NCBI GenBank assembly: GCA_946965045.2
Contig: OX337242.1
Coordinates: 434,001-498,000 of the forward strand
Origin: Epithemia pelagica
Taxonomy: Eukaryota; Protista; Bacillariophyta
DNA length: 64,000 bases
Reading direction: 5' to 3'
Shown here: in pieces, positions 10,547 through 22,837 of the stretch
Layout: each line of letters starts with the position of its first letter
How positions within the stretch are numbered: the first letter of the stretch is position 1
Position numbers and translations under genes: made by a program
The notes under the pieces: model-generated
What the model was told of the DNA's origin: nothing
The model's database searches: none
What the model saw: only the letters and a program-made list of their open reading frames with translations

Positions 10547-13365
10547 TCAGATACCCAAAAACGTCCACACCACACTCTTGATGGACATGAGCGGTTGTTT
10601 GCCATATTTTTCGGCCGCCACGACAAAGTATTCACCACTACTCGTAAAACCAGTAGCACCTGCGGGAGGGGACGCCGACGACGACACTGATGACGGCGAG
10701 TCCTTCCCCTTGAGTTCAAATTCACCGACCAAGGCTTGACTAAAATGTCGAGGATCGTAGGGATCCCGTCCCGTGGCGGTCAAAAAGACGGGATCTCGCG
10801 CGGAAAGGCGAACGCGACAGTATTCCGACGCCTCACTGGACAATGCATGATCGGGATATTCATTGAGGACACCGACATGGACGTAAACGGATCCACTGGC
10901 GGTGCCTCGATAATAATCCAGAGACACACGGTAGCGACCCGGAACCAAGGACGACACGTCCCATCCCACAACGGAATCGTGGGCCAACATGCGAATCCGA
11001 GGAGGATGGTTCACGTAGGAACAGTTGCCCAACAAAAAGGTGGACGCTGCGGCCGGTAAGCGGAGTGGGTTCGCTTGAAAGACTGGATGAATCATGACAT
11101 GTTGTGTGGAAGGCAAATGATTCTGAAAGGCATTCTCCATAGTGGCGGCGTTATTCAAGACACAAATTTTGCCATTCGGCGACTTGTTGTCATCTGCTGG
11201 TTTTGAGTTTGTGTCGGCGAGATTTGTGGATGTGTTGGTACTCAAATATGTCAAGGCCTTGACCGGTTGGTTGGGATGCGCCATGCGCGCACAATTGACT
11301 AGTTTGTCGAAGATATAGCGTCCGCGCTCGTCCATAAAGGACCCATATGGCACCTGAAGATTAGATCCGTCTGAAACAATACATAACAAGAGAAGAGAAG
11401 CGAACGAGTGAGCCAGCGTCGATGGAATGGATGGTGTACCGATAAATGCAATACCATACATACCCGATTTGTTGATCAATACCGAAGAATCAATGACTCG
11501 TATACGATGAACACAGGCCCCCAAGGATCCGGCAGCTTCGACGGCCCCAAATGCCAACTGGTTGGCTAAATCTACATCGTTGGTAATACCATGCCAATTG
11601 GGAGTCGTATTGGACATGTAAAATAGGGTCAAATGTTCAACAATATGAATATGAAAGACTTGAGCGGCCGCTTCAATCAGTCTCCAATACGAAACATTGC
11701 CGTAGTCATCGTACAAGTGGTCCAGATCCAATCGAACCACGGCATCGGCTATTTCCAATGTCGAACAACGAAACCAGAGGTGGGAAAATGAAACGTCAGA
11801 CTCTATCGAGTACAAATCACCAAGTTACAGCCAACAAGAACACTTACGTCGACGATGAAGCGACAGCTCGATTTGAGCGAGATCCTCCCTCTCCTCTTCT
11901 GTTTCTTCCCCGTCTTCTTCTCTTTCTTCTACAATGGGAACAAAGGCAGGTCTGGAATATTCTTGTTCTGGATAGTCGGGTTCTTCATAGTCCTCCGTTG
12001 TCGTAAAGCCTTCTTGTGGTGTGGCATATTCGTCGTGAGGTATCGCTTGAATTCCCTCGACCACATCCACTCCATTCGGGGCAAAGTACGGAATATTTCC
12101 CTCACAAACATAGGTATCGTCCTGCGTGTTGGTCTTTCTACTGGTGTCGTCGTCGACGGATGAATTCATTTGCAGAAAGGTGCCCGTTTGGAGACCATGG
12201 TTGTTGTTGGTGCCACGTGTTTGGGAATGTTTCTTGCCATGCCGACGGTGTTTGCGTCGATTCCTCGCATTCGTTCGGCCCATGGGAATGGCCGTGGGAT
12301 CGTACACAAGTCGCGTGCGGAGACCACCCTTGGGTGGATGTCTCAAGGCATCTCGCAAATCACTGTCGTCCTCCAGGTCAATCCATTCGTCATACTCATT
12401 GTCATGGTATTTGAGACAAAAGGCCGACGGTAAATCCTGTTCCAAGGGCGTTCCCTGGTGCGACGAGGTTTCCAACAGAGACGACAAGTACGATTCTTTC
12501 TTGTTCTTGCTCTGTTTGGTCTGAAACTGTTGGTGTGCATCCTCCTCCTCCTCATCTTGTTGTTGTTGTTGTTGTTGCTCTTTCATTAAAGTTTGCCACA
12601 TGGTCCGTGCCACGACTCGTCGCAACAGGTACAAGGATGGTTTGCCATTGTTGTGTCCCGGTTCTCGCAATTGGGACACATAAATCACCTTTCGAAAGGG
12701 AGGTTGTTCTATAGTCATAGTACAATACATAGAGATACACGAGTGGTGAGATCCACACGAATGAATGCCTGCCTTCCTGTGTAGTGAGCGGAACTATCAA
12801 CCACGACGAACTGGAGACACGTACCTTTGGATGGCGCACTCGAGTCGTCGTCCGAGTCGCTGTTGCTTCGATCGTCCTCATCCAAAACGACCAACACCCG
12901 CGGGATTTCCACCTTGAGGTAGGGAGCATAGGTACATGTGGAAGGAGCGGCCAGGTCTTGTTTGGCCGTACGGGATGTGGCAGGTTCGTTCAAGAGAATT
13001 GTGGGCAGCGACGCCACATCAGTTCCGTGGGTATCAAACATGGTTCTTTTGGGTGCCGATTCCGTGACTGGTGTTGTCGACCCATTTACAAGAGCCGAGA
13101 GACCACACCAAAGCCAAGAAGATGATGATGTCGTTGTAGGGGCCGTGGTTGTTGGTGGTGGTGCCATTCGTCGCGAGGATGAGACCACGGCCGTGGAGGG
13201 GATTCCTTGTTTGGCACCAGTAGAATTATTATTAGGAGTAGGGTATACCAAGGAGCCTTGTTCGTCGTCATAGAGGCTATGTTGATCCCCAATCATGGAC
13301 GACGAATGGTCATCGTCTCGACTGTCGAGCCAGGCACCCGCAGTCGCTCGGTGTGTTGCAACCAT
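10547..13365 (-). CDS. About 885-aa protein with PB1-like domain(s) and an unknown beta-rich C-terminal domain; 3 exons: 13365-12825, 12708-11848, 11802-10547
   Basis: A GTACGT donor at 12824 with AG at 12710-12709 (116 nt), and a GTAAGT donor at 11847 with AG at 11804-11803 (45 nt), join three track ORFs in frame (2658 nt total). An OPCA-like PB1 motif FCLKYHDNEYDEWIDLEDDSDLRDAL is present, with a weaker second copy LTLFYMS...ITNDVDLANQL. Confidence 0.7.
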
Positions 13366-15155
13366 TTTCTCGCTGTGTGTCTCAATGCGATTGTGCGTTT
13401 GTCGTTGCTGGAGTCCTGTTGTCACCACGAAACTACAAAAGAACCGTTGTTTGGCACTGTTTGTAATGTTTGTTTGTGCCGATCGTGAAAAGAAGACAAA
13501 TCCAAAGCAAAGTCTTGGAACACCAAACCGTTGAATGAGGCCCACCCAAACGAAACAAAAGCTGGATGCCATGTACGAAAAAATGGATGATAGCGAAAGG
13601 TCGACCTGCGTAGACTCTATGTGTGACGCCGGATGGATTCCGTTGAGAGCTGCCTGGCTCGTATTACATACGCAACGACTCATTCCGAGTCGCTAATTCT
13701 CGAAAAATGACATGCTCTTATATCCGTTGCCGCAAGTCATGGGAGTCCGTTGGAATCTTTGTTATGTCTACTTAGACCGTTGAAAACGAGCGATCGCGCT
13801 CCACTCTATTACTTAAGCGAGAGGAGAGCGACACTCCCCTTCTTCTTCTGGCGTCTCGTTCTCACAAATTGGCCGTCCACAAGCTGGTTTTGCAACGTCG
13901 TTGCCAACAGGGGTGTCCCTTCTCTCGCATGGGACGACGACAGAACAACAAGAGTCGAGAAGGACAAACCATTCGGGTCTCGCTCTCGGTCACACACGCC
14001 AGGAAAGGTTCCACACCTACGAATGTAGTTACGGGTAGTAGTAGTAGTCGTCATCAAAGACTCAAAAAACAAAACGAACCTACACAAACAAAGAGATCCA
14101 CCCAATTCACAGTACACACACACTCTCCAAGCAATAGGGAATGGTGGGCGTGTGAGTCCGAATCCATATGATGTAGTATGCATAGAGACAACCGTGCGAT
14201 ATTCGTTTCTCGCATGACCAGTGTCATCATCATTATCGTCACGCCCCCACTAGAGAACAACGAAATGTGTGGTGGAACCCAACCACCATTGGTGTGTTTC
14301 TTTTGGTGGGAAAAGATGGATTCTCTTTGCTTCTGGTTGGTTGGTTGGATCGATCGAGAGAGAGTGGCTTCTGGAAGACCAAGAAGAAGAAGAAGAAGAA
14401 GAAACCATGAGAGGCCACTGCGTTGTTTGTTATGGTGTGTGTCTACCCCTTCCAAACGACTCGCTCGGTTGGAACCAACACACACACACACACACACACG
14501 ACTCGTCGTTCCTGTTTTTTGGGTTCTTTTCTCGTGGTGAGAGCAGCTGCACTGATAGTAGTTCCCGGACGGTCGACTTGAATCCTCTATACAATATATA
14601 GTAGAAAAAGATACATCATGTCAATTCTTGCACTCGCGAGCAGAGAGGATCATCACAACAGCAAACTATTACTCGTGTACTCTCGTAGGGACGAGAACAT
14701 GTTTGACGACTACCAGTAGAATCTTGGAGATGGTCGGGTCTCGAGCGTCTCTTTTTTTGTGGAGGGAACTCGGGAGTTCACGTGGGACAGGATCCTGCTT
14801 CACTCTCAAGCGGTATTGTCCTCGTGATTCATATAAATATTTCAAATCTTATGGAGTGTGGACTCGGGGTAGTAGGAAGAAATTTCGCACCGCCACCGGA
14901 ACAGTACTTTTTCTTCGGTACAGTCCTTTTCTATAGTACAATGGATCCGTGAGTCCGAGTCCCGAAGGGGACCGAGAACACCCAACCTCCAGTTTTTTTG
15001 GTGGTGTCTCCCCGTTGGTGGCGAAAAAAAATGAGGCGCCGTCTCTCATTGTTTCTCCGGCCGCAACCCCAACAAGACAAGCGTCGTGGTGTGTCTTTTT
15101 GCTCTATTGGTCGAGTTACTTGTCTGTTGTGTGTGTGTGTGTGTGAGCTTCCAGT

Positions 15156-15157
<2 letters not shown>

Positions 15158-15187
<30 letters not shown>
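15158..15187 (+). repeat. (CAT)10 microsatellite, next to a (GT)n run, upstream of the 15326 gene
   Basis: Direct inspection of the sequence. Confidence 0.95.
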
Positions 15188-15188
<1 letters not shown>

Positions 15189-15325
15189 GAGTATTCCTCT
15201 TGCTCCTCTCCTCCATCCAATCCGATACTGACAAGACTATAGTTCCTGGACCATCATCCCCCCACACCAACCACAACCACAACCACTACACTCGAATCCC
15301 AAAATCATTATCATTCTCCTAAAAC

Positions 15326-18300
15326 ATGACACTGACGGACCTGTTGAACGAGGACGACGGTGTCTCGAGCAGTACTAGTACCAACCACAAACAACGAACG
15401 GGATTTGGATCCTTGACGTCGTGGTTTCCCTCCTTTGCCAAGTCATCGGGCACCAAGGAGGACCCATCACCTTCACAATCACAACATGACAACCATCATG
15501 ACAACAGCCACAACATCATGGTTGTGCGCGATTTGGAACAAGCCCGTCACATGGAGGCGCATCAAGACTGGGAACACGACTATCAGGCGCACTGCCACCA
15601 AGAACGACAACGACTGGAGAATCATCATCACGAGGACAACGACTGGATGCTTTCCTCGTCCACACACAACACTCCTGTACCACCCACAATGGCCGGCCAT
15701 TGTACCTTGCAAGTCTGGTTGCATCATTCCTCCTCGTCTTCCTTGAATTTTCATCCCGACGATGCGAATGACACCAATCATGATGAGGACAACAATCCTG
15801 ACAATGACAATGACGAGGATGACGATGAGGAAAGTAGCTTGTCCTTGTTGAGTCATTCGTCGGGTTGTTCCAAGAATCAATCCTTGTTTCGCACCAGCAG
15901 TGGAGGAGCCGTCCCCACCACGACCGAACCCCTCGAACCAAGCCAAAAACCAGCCTGGTATTGGATGCCCCCTCGCACCACCACGACAAGCAGTAGTAGT
16001 AGTAGTGACGAAGAAGAGGATGCCACGCCGCCAGACGCAACCACCACGAATCCATCCAATCACGACAACCACAAGGAGGACGAACAACAACATGCGAGGA
16101 CGCGGGGACGCAGTCCGAGTCGACGAGAGGAACGACGAAGTTTTGTCACGACACACTCCTCTCCCCAACACAAGAAAAAGGATCGGGAACAGGTGCAAGA
16201 AAATGATGAATTGGAACAATCCGTCGGAATACGATCGGCATCGTCGTCGCCCTTGCATTCTCGACCCTGGCGCAAAGATCAATCCCCCCACAAGAATGGT
16301 CCTTCGACCACCACCAGCACCATGACCCATTCCACATCCCGTTCCATGCACAGTGCACCACAACCACGCGCATCGTCGTCCTTACTACCAACCCTAAAAG
16401 TTCCCGGATTTTCCGCTCCTCCCCGGGTCGTCGTCGAACGACCGCAATCTCGGCATGGTGGTCGTCGAAAATCCAGTGCTCCTTCGTCGAGCAGCCGCCG
16501 CCGTGGTTCGGCCTATTTGTATTCGTCTCCGACGGTATCCTCTCTGCATCATCATCATCACCCCACACAATCCCCAACCAAGCAAAAACGAAGGAGTAGT
16601 ACGACTGCTACGAGCCACAACCACCAAAATCCAGAGGAGGCATCCCTCTTTTTGCCCACCTTGCAAGATGATGCACCACCACAAGCATCCTCCAATCCCA
16701 AGAGCAAGAGCAAGAAGAGTCAGCATCATTCCCCAATGGAACCCACCCACCCGAAAAAACATTCTCCGTATCCGGATGCCTCTCTTCATGACGCAACCGA
16801 AACGACAATGTCCACCACTCTCAGTGGAGAAAGTGAAAGTCAAGTCTCCTTCACCTCCAATGGTGATGGCATGATGCTGGTCGAAACTCCCATGATTGTA
16901 CCATTGGGCCGTACCGTGGACCCCCACGACGACCAAAACCAAGGAGAACAAAACCTGGAAGGACTGGAATGGTCCGATCCGTCCACCTTGTGTGCCAGTG
17001 TGGGCTTGGAAGCAGAGGAATCGGAAGTCGTGTCGGTGGAAGAAACAGTTTCAGAGGACGAACCCGAGGATGACGATGACGACAGTACACCGCCACCCGA
17101 CGAATGGTTTGGTCCCAGCATTCTGTTTCCGTCCACCCAGGTCGACCCGCCAAAGAACAAGAGCAACAAGAACCAGACGATTCGACCCGAACCAACCCTT
17201 CCATACGACGACCAGGACGACGAAGCCGGTCATTGCTTGTCGCCCACACCTTCTTCGGTGGCCTCGACCTTGACGGGATCGTCCGTCTTTCAGCAACCGC
17301 CACCACAAGCACAACCGCAAACCGCATCCCTGCTGGGTCCTTCGGTGGCGGCGTCGCCCTTTTTCGTGACACACGAAACGTCGGATCATTCGCGAGCCAC
17401 GACCTTTTTTTCCTTGGACAATCTCGTCGTTCGACCTCGCACCACCACAACCACCGCCGTGCCGACGGAACCTACGGTGCCGGCGCCGCACTTTTTGGGC
17501 TTTGCCCAAGTGTGGAATTTGGGCGGCGAGAATGGATCCGTGGTGGTCACGACCAGTAGTACTAGTACGACTACGACAAGTAGCAGTCATCACCGTCGTC
17601 CAGAGATACCAATGGTCGATGCACCCGAACCAACCAAGGTCAAAAAGACCAAAACGACAAGCAGCAAGAAACCAAAGAAAAAGACGGTCCAGGAGGAACA
17701 AGACGACGAGGAACTGCCGTCGAGTCGTGCGGAACGGAAACGAAAAACAGTCAAGACCACCAGCAAAAAAGAATCCAAGGACAACAAAGACAAGGAAACC
17801 AGGCGAAAACAAGACACGACTGAGGACAAGGCGGCAAAGAGCAAGGGGAAATTGACGGAAACGGACAAGAAAAAGAAGAAGAAGAAAACGTCACTCCAAA
17901 CAACTTCTCAAGAAGCAATCGTAGTGGACAAGGATGAAGGCGCATCAGAGGTCCAGCTCAAGACCAAGAGCAAGGAGAAGAAGACAAAGAAAAAGAAGTC
18001 CAAGTCGAGTTCCACCCAAGACACGGAAGATGCTACGTCTCCAATGCACTCCGACTCTCCGACCAATAGTGAACGACTTAGCTCACACAGCGGCCATGGA
18101 CGGTTGAAAACAAAGACGCGGAAGGACCATGACAAGAGCACACGCAGCAGGACCAAACCATCCTTGACCGAGTGCTCGTCCTCCTTGCACAAGAAGAAGC
18201 GCGATGGTAATAACAAGTCGACACGCACGACACGATCCTCCTTGACCGAGAGCGCATCCTTGCACAAGAAGCGCGATACCACGTCGACACGCACGACACG

Positions 18301-19456
18301 ATCGTCAATGGACACAGCCGATGTGGCTTCCCCTCTCCCATTCGACTCGTTGGACGGCACTGGGTTTTCGGGTCCCGAAGGAGAACAACCCGACGAATCG
18401 GTGGTGGTAGCCTCCTTGCGGCGCAAGGTACATCGGTTGGAAGGCAAGGTGGAACGATTGCGATCCGGCATGACCGAGTCGGAACACAAGTTTCAAGACA
18501 TGATTGAGGATTTGCAACTAACAGTACAAGAACAAGATGTCTTGTTGGATGATCAAGCAGATCGGATTCACCTCTTGCATGCCCGGAATAGTCAAATGGA
18601 ACAACAAACCGAACACAAGAACCAGGCATGGAATTTCCCTGAGTACCAAGCGGAGGACGACGACGAAGCAGAGGAGAAGAAACAAGACTCGTTCGGTTCC
18701 ACGACACGGCGACGATCGGGATCGTTTTCCTCCTCCTACTCGAAGGACCAATCCAGGAGCACTCCCACTACTACGGCAACTGCAACCAGCCAGGACAAGA
18801 CAGTGTCCTCGTCCTCTTCGCAATCTCATCGCAGTAGCAGCAGTCCCCAGAAATTGTTGGGTGTGGATGCGGGAGATGAAAAAAGCACGGAATCGTCCGA
18901 ATTTTGGTTGTTTGGCTCGCAAGATTCCTCGAAACACAGTGGTCGATCCTCCAAACGCTCATCCTCCAAGCACAAGAAACCCCTGGATCCACTGGAGGAA
19001 AACGATGATGAAGAAGAAGAAGAAGAACCTTATGGTATCCAGGCGTCGAACCTTCGACGAAAAAGTTGTCCGGCAAATAGCAGTAGTAGTACCATGGGCC
19101 AAGATCCCGAAGGATACCATCACAAGGACGACGACGACGACGCTCCCTCCCGACGATTGTCCATTTCCGACGACCGTAAATCGCGCAAGACGACCAAAAA
19201 AGTCAAATCGTCCACTACCAGCAAACGTGACAAGACGACGAGCGAGTCCAAATCCAAACGAAAACACAAACGACGCATGAGTGCACCGTTGACGGGAAGT
19301 AACAGTGACGTCTGCTTGACCGGCAAGGTAGATGACGAAGGAAAGAAAAAGAAAACTTCCACCAAGTCCAAACACCGAAGAAGTAGTAAGCCCGGGAAAA
19401 GCAAGAGTGCTCACACACGATCTTCCCTTCGAATGTCGTACGAGCAAGACGAATAA
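15326..19456 (+). CDS. 1376-aa low-complexity, largely disordered hypothetical protein with Lys-rich tracts and a short coiled coil
   Basis: Single 4.1-kb stop-free ORF from ATG. Heptad-like segment LRRKVHRLEGKVERLRSGMTESEHKFQDMIEDLQLTVQEQ. No recognisable catalytic motif. Confidence 0.8.
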   Translation: MTLTDLLNEDDGVSSSTSTNHKQRTGFGSLTSWFPSFAKSSGTKEDPSPSQSQHDNHHDNSHNIMVVRDLEQARHMEAHQDWEHDYQAHCHQERQRLENHHHEDNDWMLSSSTHNTPVPPTMAGHCTLQVWLHHSSSSSLNFHPDDANDTNHDEDNNPDNDNDEDDDEESSLSLLSHSSGCSKNQSLFRTSSGGAVPTTTEPLEPSQKPAWYWMPPRTTTTSSSSSSDEEEDATPPDATTTNPSNHDNHKEDEQQHARTRGRSPSRREERRSFVTTHSSPQHKKKDREQVQENDELEQSVGIRSASSSPLHSRPWRKDQSPHKNGPSTTTSTMTHSTSRSMHSAPQPRASSSLLPTLKVPGFSAPPRVVVERPQSRHGGRRKSSAPSSSSRRRGSAYLYSSPTVSSLHHHHHPTQSPTKQKRRSSTTATSHNHQNPEEASLFLPTLQDDAPPQASSNPKSKSKKSQHHSPMEPTHPKKHSPYPDASLHDATETTMSTTLSGESESQVSFTSNGDGMMLVETPMIVPLGRTVDPHDDQNQGEQNLEGLEWSDPSTLCASVGLEAEESEVVSVEETVSEDEPEDDDDDSTPPPDEWFGPSILFPSTQVDPPKNKSNKNQTIRPEPTLPYDDQDDEAGHCLSPTPSSVASTLTGSSVFQQPPPQAQPQTASLLGPSVAASPFFVTHETSDHSRATTFFSLDNLVVRPRTTTTTAVPTEPTVPAPHFLGFAQVWNLGGENGSVVVTTSSTSTTTTSSSHHRRPEIPMVDAPEPTKVKKTKTTSSKKPKKKTVQEEQDDEELPSSRAERKRKTVKTTSKKESKDNKDKETRRKQDTTEDKAAKSKGKLTETDKKKKKKKTSLQTTSQEAIVVDKDEGASEVQLKTKSKEKKTKKKKSKSSSTQDTEDATSPMHSDSPTNSERLSSHSGHGRLKTKTRKDHDKSTRSRTKPSLTECSSSLHKKKRDGNNKSTRTTRSSLTESASLHKKRDTTSTRTTRSSMDTADVASPLPFDSLDGTGFSGPEGEQPDESVVVASLRRKVHRLEGKVERLRSGMTESEHKFQDMIEDLQLTVQEQDVLLDDQADRIHLLHARNSQMEQQTEHKNQAWNFPEYQAEDDDEAEEKKQDSFGSTTRRRSGSFSSSYSKDQSRSTPTTTATATSQDKTVSSSSSQSHRSSSSPQKLLGVDAGDEKSTESSEFWLFGSQDSSKHSGRSSKRSSSKHKKPLDPLEENDDEEEEEEPYGIQASNLRRKSCPANSSSSTMGQDPEGYHHKDDDDDAPSRRLSISDDRKSRKTTKKVKSSTTSKRDKTTSESKSKRKHKRRMSAPLTGSNSDVCLTGKVDDEGKKKKTSTKSKHRRSSKPGKSKSAHTRSSLRMSYEQDE

Positions 19457-19970
19457 TGGGACAACTCCTCGAGGGCGCAAGCCATTGTGGGACGGCATGG
19501 GTCGTTTCCAAGACCCTCATGTGAGGGAAACGGAGGGGAGAGAGCTCGTTGCAATGAGACTGTCAAGAATGACGGGCATACAAAGTACAGTTTTGAATAT
19601 TGAAGAGCCATCAGACCAAGTGGTTTCTTTCCCACAAAGCATCCCGCACCATGATGAACAGCCGATGGAACAGGGATGAAAGCTTGGTGGGGAAAATGAC
19701 TTGTTTCTTTTTGAGTGCTTCAACTAGTTCGAAAAACACCATGATTAGAACCATGAGCTATCCGACGCATTGGTCCATGTTTCTTCTTCCTGTCTAATAC
19801 AATACATCTCATTTGCTCTAGGTAGGCTGTGTTACATTAGAAATCTCCAAGGGTAGATTGTCTCTCCCTCACCCAGACGGATGAATACAACTACCTTCAA
19901 CTGTAAGGCTCTTGCTAAAGAGACAAGCACTGTCTCTGGCGTATACGTGGACTTTGTCAATCGAGCCCGG

Positions 19971-20669
19971 TTACCAGGAACCATGCAGCAGTAGTAGTAG
20001 CGGTAGTATCGTTCCCAACCAAAGGTACCACCACCAAGACTGTCCAGACGGTATGCTTCTTCTAGGACTCGATGCTGCCTCGGATGAGGCCACGGTTTGT
20101 CGACATTGATCTTGGACCGCCTTGTCGGTGGTACAGGGAGGTGCTTGGTCGTCGTCTTCGGATGGTGTCGTACGATTCACCAGTTCGTAGCCGGCCTTGA
20201 CCCAGTCAATGACACCCAATCCATTGTACAAGGTACCCTCAAAGCCATGTTCTTGCAAAATCAAAATGGCACTGGCGGCTCGATTGCCCGACGAACAATA
20301 AATGGCCAAGGTACAAAATTCGCAGCCTTGCAAATCGTGGGGACCCGGTCCAGTAGTACTACCACTACCACTCATGATGGTGGAGTACGAGGCCAAGGAT
20401 TCCACCAAATAGGCACCGGGAATGTGCCCCTTGTCCCATTCATCTCGACGACGAACATCAATCAACCCTTGAATCTCACCCGTTTCCAACAAGGCTTGTA
20501 ACTCGGTCGACGATTCCAAACGAATGACCTTGGCCTGGCCAATGGGACAGCACACTAGCAACAATAACCATAAGAGGACTTGTCGCAGTACTGGTAGTAG
20601 GAAACCAGAACGATGAGTCGAAAGTACGAACTGCGGCACGGTGTTCATCGTTATTTTCGCCGTCATCAT
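19971..20669 (-). CDS. Rhodanese-domain (sulfurtransferase) protein with signal peptide and C-terminal hydrophobic tail
   Basis: LIDVRRRDEWDKGHIPGAYLV and active-site loop IYCSSGNRA, then GVIDWVKAGY. N-terminal LLWLLLLVCCPIGQA; C-terminal WWWYLWLGTILPLLLLLHGSW. ATG start at 20669. Confidence 0.9.
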   Translation of the reverse strand: MMTAKITMNTVPQFVLSTHRSGFLLPVLRQVLLWLLLLVCCPIGQAKVIRLESSTELQALLETGEIQGLIDVRRRDEWDKGHIPGAYLVESLASYSTIMSGSGSTTGPGPHDLQGCEFCTLAIYCSSGNRAASAILILQEHGFEGTLYNGLGVIDWVKAGYELVNRTTPSEDDDQAPPCTTDKAVQDQCRQTVASSEAASSPRRSIPSGQSWWWYLWLGTILPLLLLLHGSW

Positions 20670-21751
20670 GGTCGGCGTAGATTTTAGATGCACAAAAAAA
20701 AGAATGAGGGGAATCGGCCACTGGCACTGTCCAGTGGAAAGTACACCAAAACAGCTGCGTGAACTTTGGGAGTGCATTGGGCATTGGGCGCATGCACAAA
20801 GTAGTACATAGCTCGGGTAGCAAGTACATCCGTCTATTCGTTTTAATAGGAGGATAGCATGGAGTATCATCAACGTCCCATAGATTCGAATGACTATCCA
20901 ACAGAATGGGACAAAAAGGAGGACCCAGGTTGGCTCGTTTCATTCGTCGAACATGAGAGGCGGCCATGGGTTGTTTGGTCGATTGGAAGGACCCAATAAG
21001 CGAGTAAAGAGTGTGTCCTGTGGTGCATAACCACCAACCATTAGTTTCAACCCACTGCATGTGCTAATGATGATTGACCATCCATGGAAATGAAAGACGT
21101 AGTATTGGTTTTGTATGGAAGGATACGAGGAGTGGATGACTCGATGAGGGATCAGAAAAAAGGAGAGTCGACGAAAAGCAGCTCTTCCTTCCTGGCCGAC
21201 TTAATGGGCAATGTCTACGAGATGAGGACCATGAGACACTGTTGGGTTCGCCCACCACATCATCCTCAAGTATACCTCCATAGTCCACACCACTACACAG
21301 TTCTATTCGTTCCTTTTTGTTCTACCTAGGCACACGTCTGGAAACTCCACAGTAACAGCTCTCTATACCTGCAGAGCGTTGGTTGGCGGTCGCTCCACTC
21401 TCCCTGGATCCTTCCTTTCGTTACCCTACATTAGTTCCCGAAAACAACGATGGGTCTTGAGACCAAACAGTACGGACTCTCCTGCCACAGCTCTACCAAT
21501 CGTGTTCTGGTGAAGTTTCGGTTCCATCCTTGGATCATCATCCTCACGTTTTGTTCCATCGTGTCGAGTGTACCGTATTGGACGAATTGCAATCCCAGCT
21601 GATACTTGGCAAACGAGACAAGCGTGTTTCGTACCAGGTATGAATGTTGCGCCACAATGAATGATTCGAGTAAAAATCCTTGTCATCCAAGCAAGAACAC
21701 CAAACCAAAACTAGCCACCCTCTTCTCCTCGTATTGAATGTGAGTGTCCTG

Positions 21752-21779
<28 letters not shown>
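21752..21779 (+). repeat. (CT)14 microsatellite
   Basis: Direct inspection of the sequence. Confidence 0.95.
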
Positions 21780-21783
<4 letters not shown>

Positions 21784-21802
21784 CTCGTGTTCTCTTTCGT
21801 TC

Positions 21803-22837
21803 TCATAACAAGAGCATTTGTTTGACATTGACCCGGGCCCCATTTTGAATCCAGGGCAACAATTCGACATCGTCCGGAGAAATATCACATGCACCGGCCA
21901 TGCGTTTGACTCGCAGTCGAAATTCCTTCTTGTTGGGCATGCCACAGCGCATATACCATTGATAGGCAATTTGACGACGTTCCTTTTCCGACAATTCTGC
22001 GGGTGCTGGAGCTGGTCCGACGGAATCGTCATCAATGTCATCTTCCTCCGGGTCGTCGTCATGGTTGCTGCTACTCTTGCTGGGACTGGTGGGTGTGGTG
22101 CTGGTAGTGGAGGATCCTCCCGTGACACTGGATCGTTTCTTGGCCTTGGACGACTTTTTCTTCTTGGTCTTGCTTCTGCTGGCAGCGGCAGCGGCAGCTT
22201 CGTCTTGCTTTTTCTGTTGAATCCGTTTCTTGGCGGCATCCAATCGTGCGGCTCGTTCTTTTTTGCGTTGTTCCAAAAACATTAATTGAATCTTTTCATT
22301 GGCTCGTTTCAATCGCAGCGCCGCCTCCGGATCGTCCTCGTTCTCGTCCTCGTTTGGTTCGGACGAGGACGACGCCTTTGTCGGTGATTTGGGTTTCTTG
22401 GGTGCTGCAACAATGGCCGTCGAACTCATGGTGGTCATGGAAGGACGTCGCGACGAGGGCAAGGGTGGTTTTTCACCAGACTTGGCCGACAGTGATTTTT
22501 TGGAACTTTTTTTGGTCACGGCTTGAATGGATTTTTGCAATTCCACTTCTTCTCCGGCGAGTTTGGCACACAATTCTTCATCGTCCATATCCAATTGATG
22601 TTTGGAAATCATGGTACACGAGCCTCGACGATTGCCACCCCGTCGAATGGCTCGACGTTTCGCCGTAGACGTGGCGGAATGATCCGTGGTATTGCTCAAG
22701 GAATTGCGACGATAGACCTTGTGCGACTCGGGAATGCCAAATTGCGTCGTCGCGTCTTCCAGGGGATTCGTATCACTGGTGAGGATACTGCCATCGTCGC
22801 GCGTACTGTCACTGGTATCATCCGTCGAGTTGGTCAT
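21803..22837 (-). CDS. Hypothetical protein, disordered and charged, with a compact C-terminal domain (AYQWYMRCGMP...ISPDDVELLPW)
   Basis: Stop-free ORF from ATG 22837. The C-terminal motif resembles a repeat family I associate with diatom proteins; function unknown. Confidence 0.75.
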   Translation of the reverse strand: MTNSTDDTSDSTRDDGSILTSDTNPLEDATTQFGIPESHKVYRRNSLSNTTDHSATSTAKRRAIRRGGNRRGSCTMISKHQLDMDDEELCAKLAGEEVELQKSIQAVTKKSSKKSLSAKSGEKPPLPSSRRPSMTTMSSTAIVAAPKKPKSPTKASSSSEPNEDENEDDPEAALRLKRANEKIQLMFLEQRKKERAARLDAAKKRIQQKKQDEAAAAAASRSKTKKKKSSKAKKRSSVTGGSSTTSTTPTSPSKSSSNHDDDPEEDDIDDDSVGPAPAPAELSEKERRQIAYQWYMRCGMPNKKEFRLRVKRMAGACDISPDDVELLPWIQNGARVNVKQMLLL

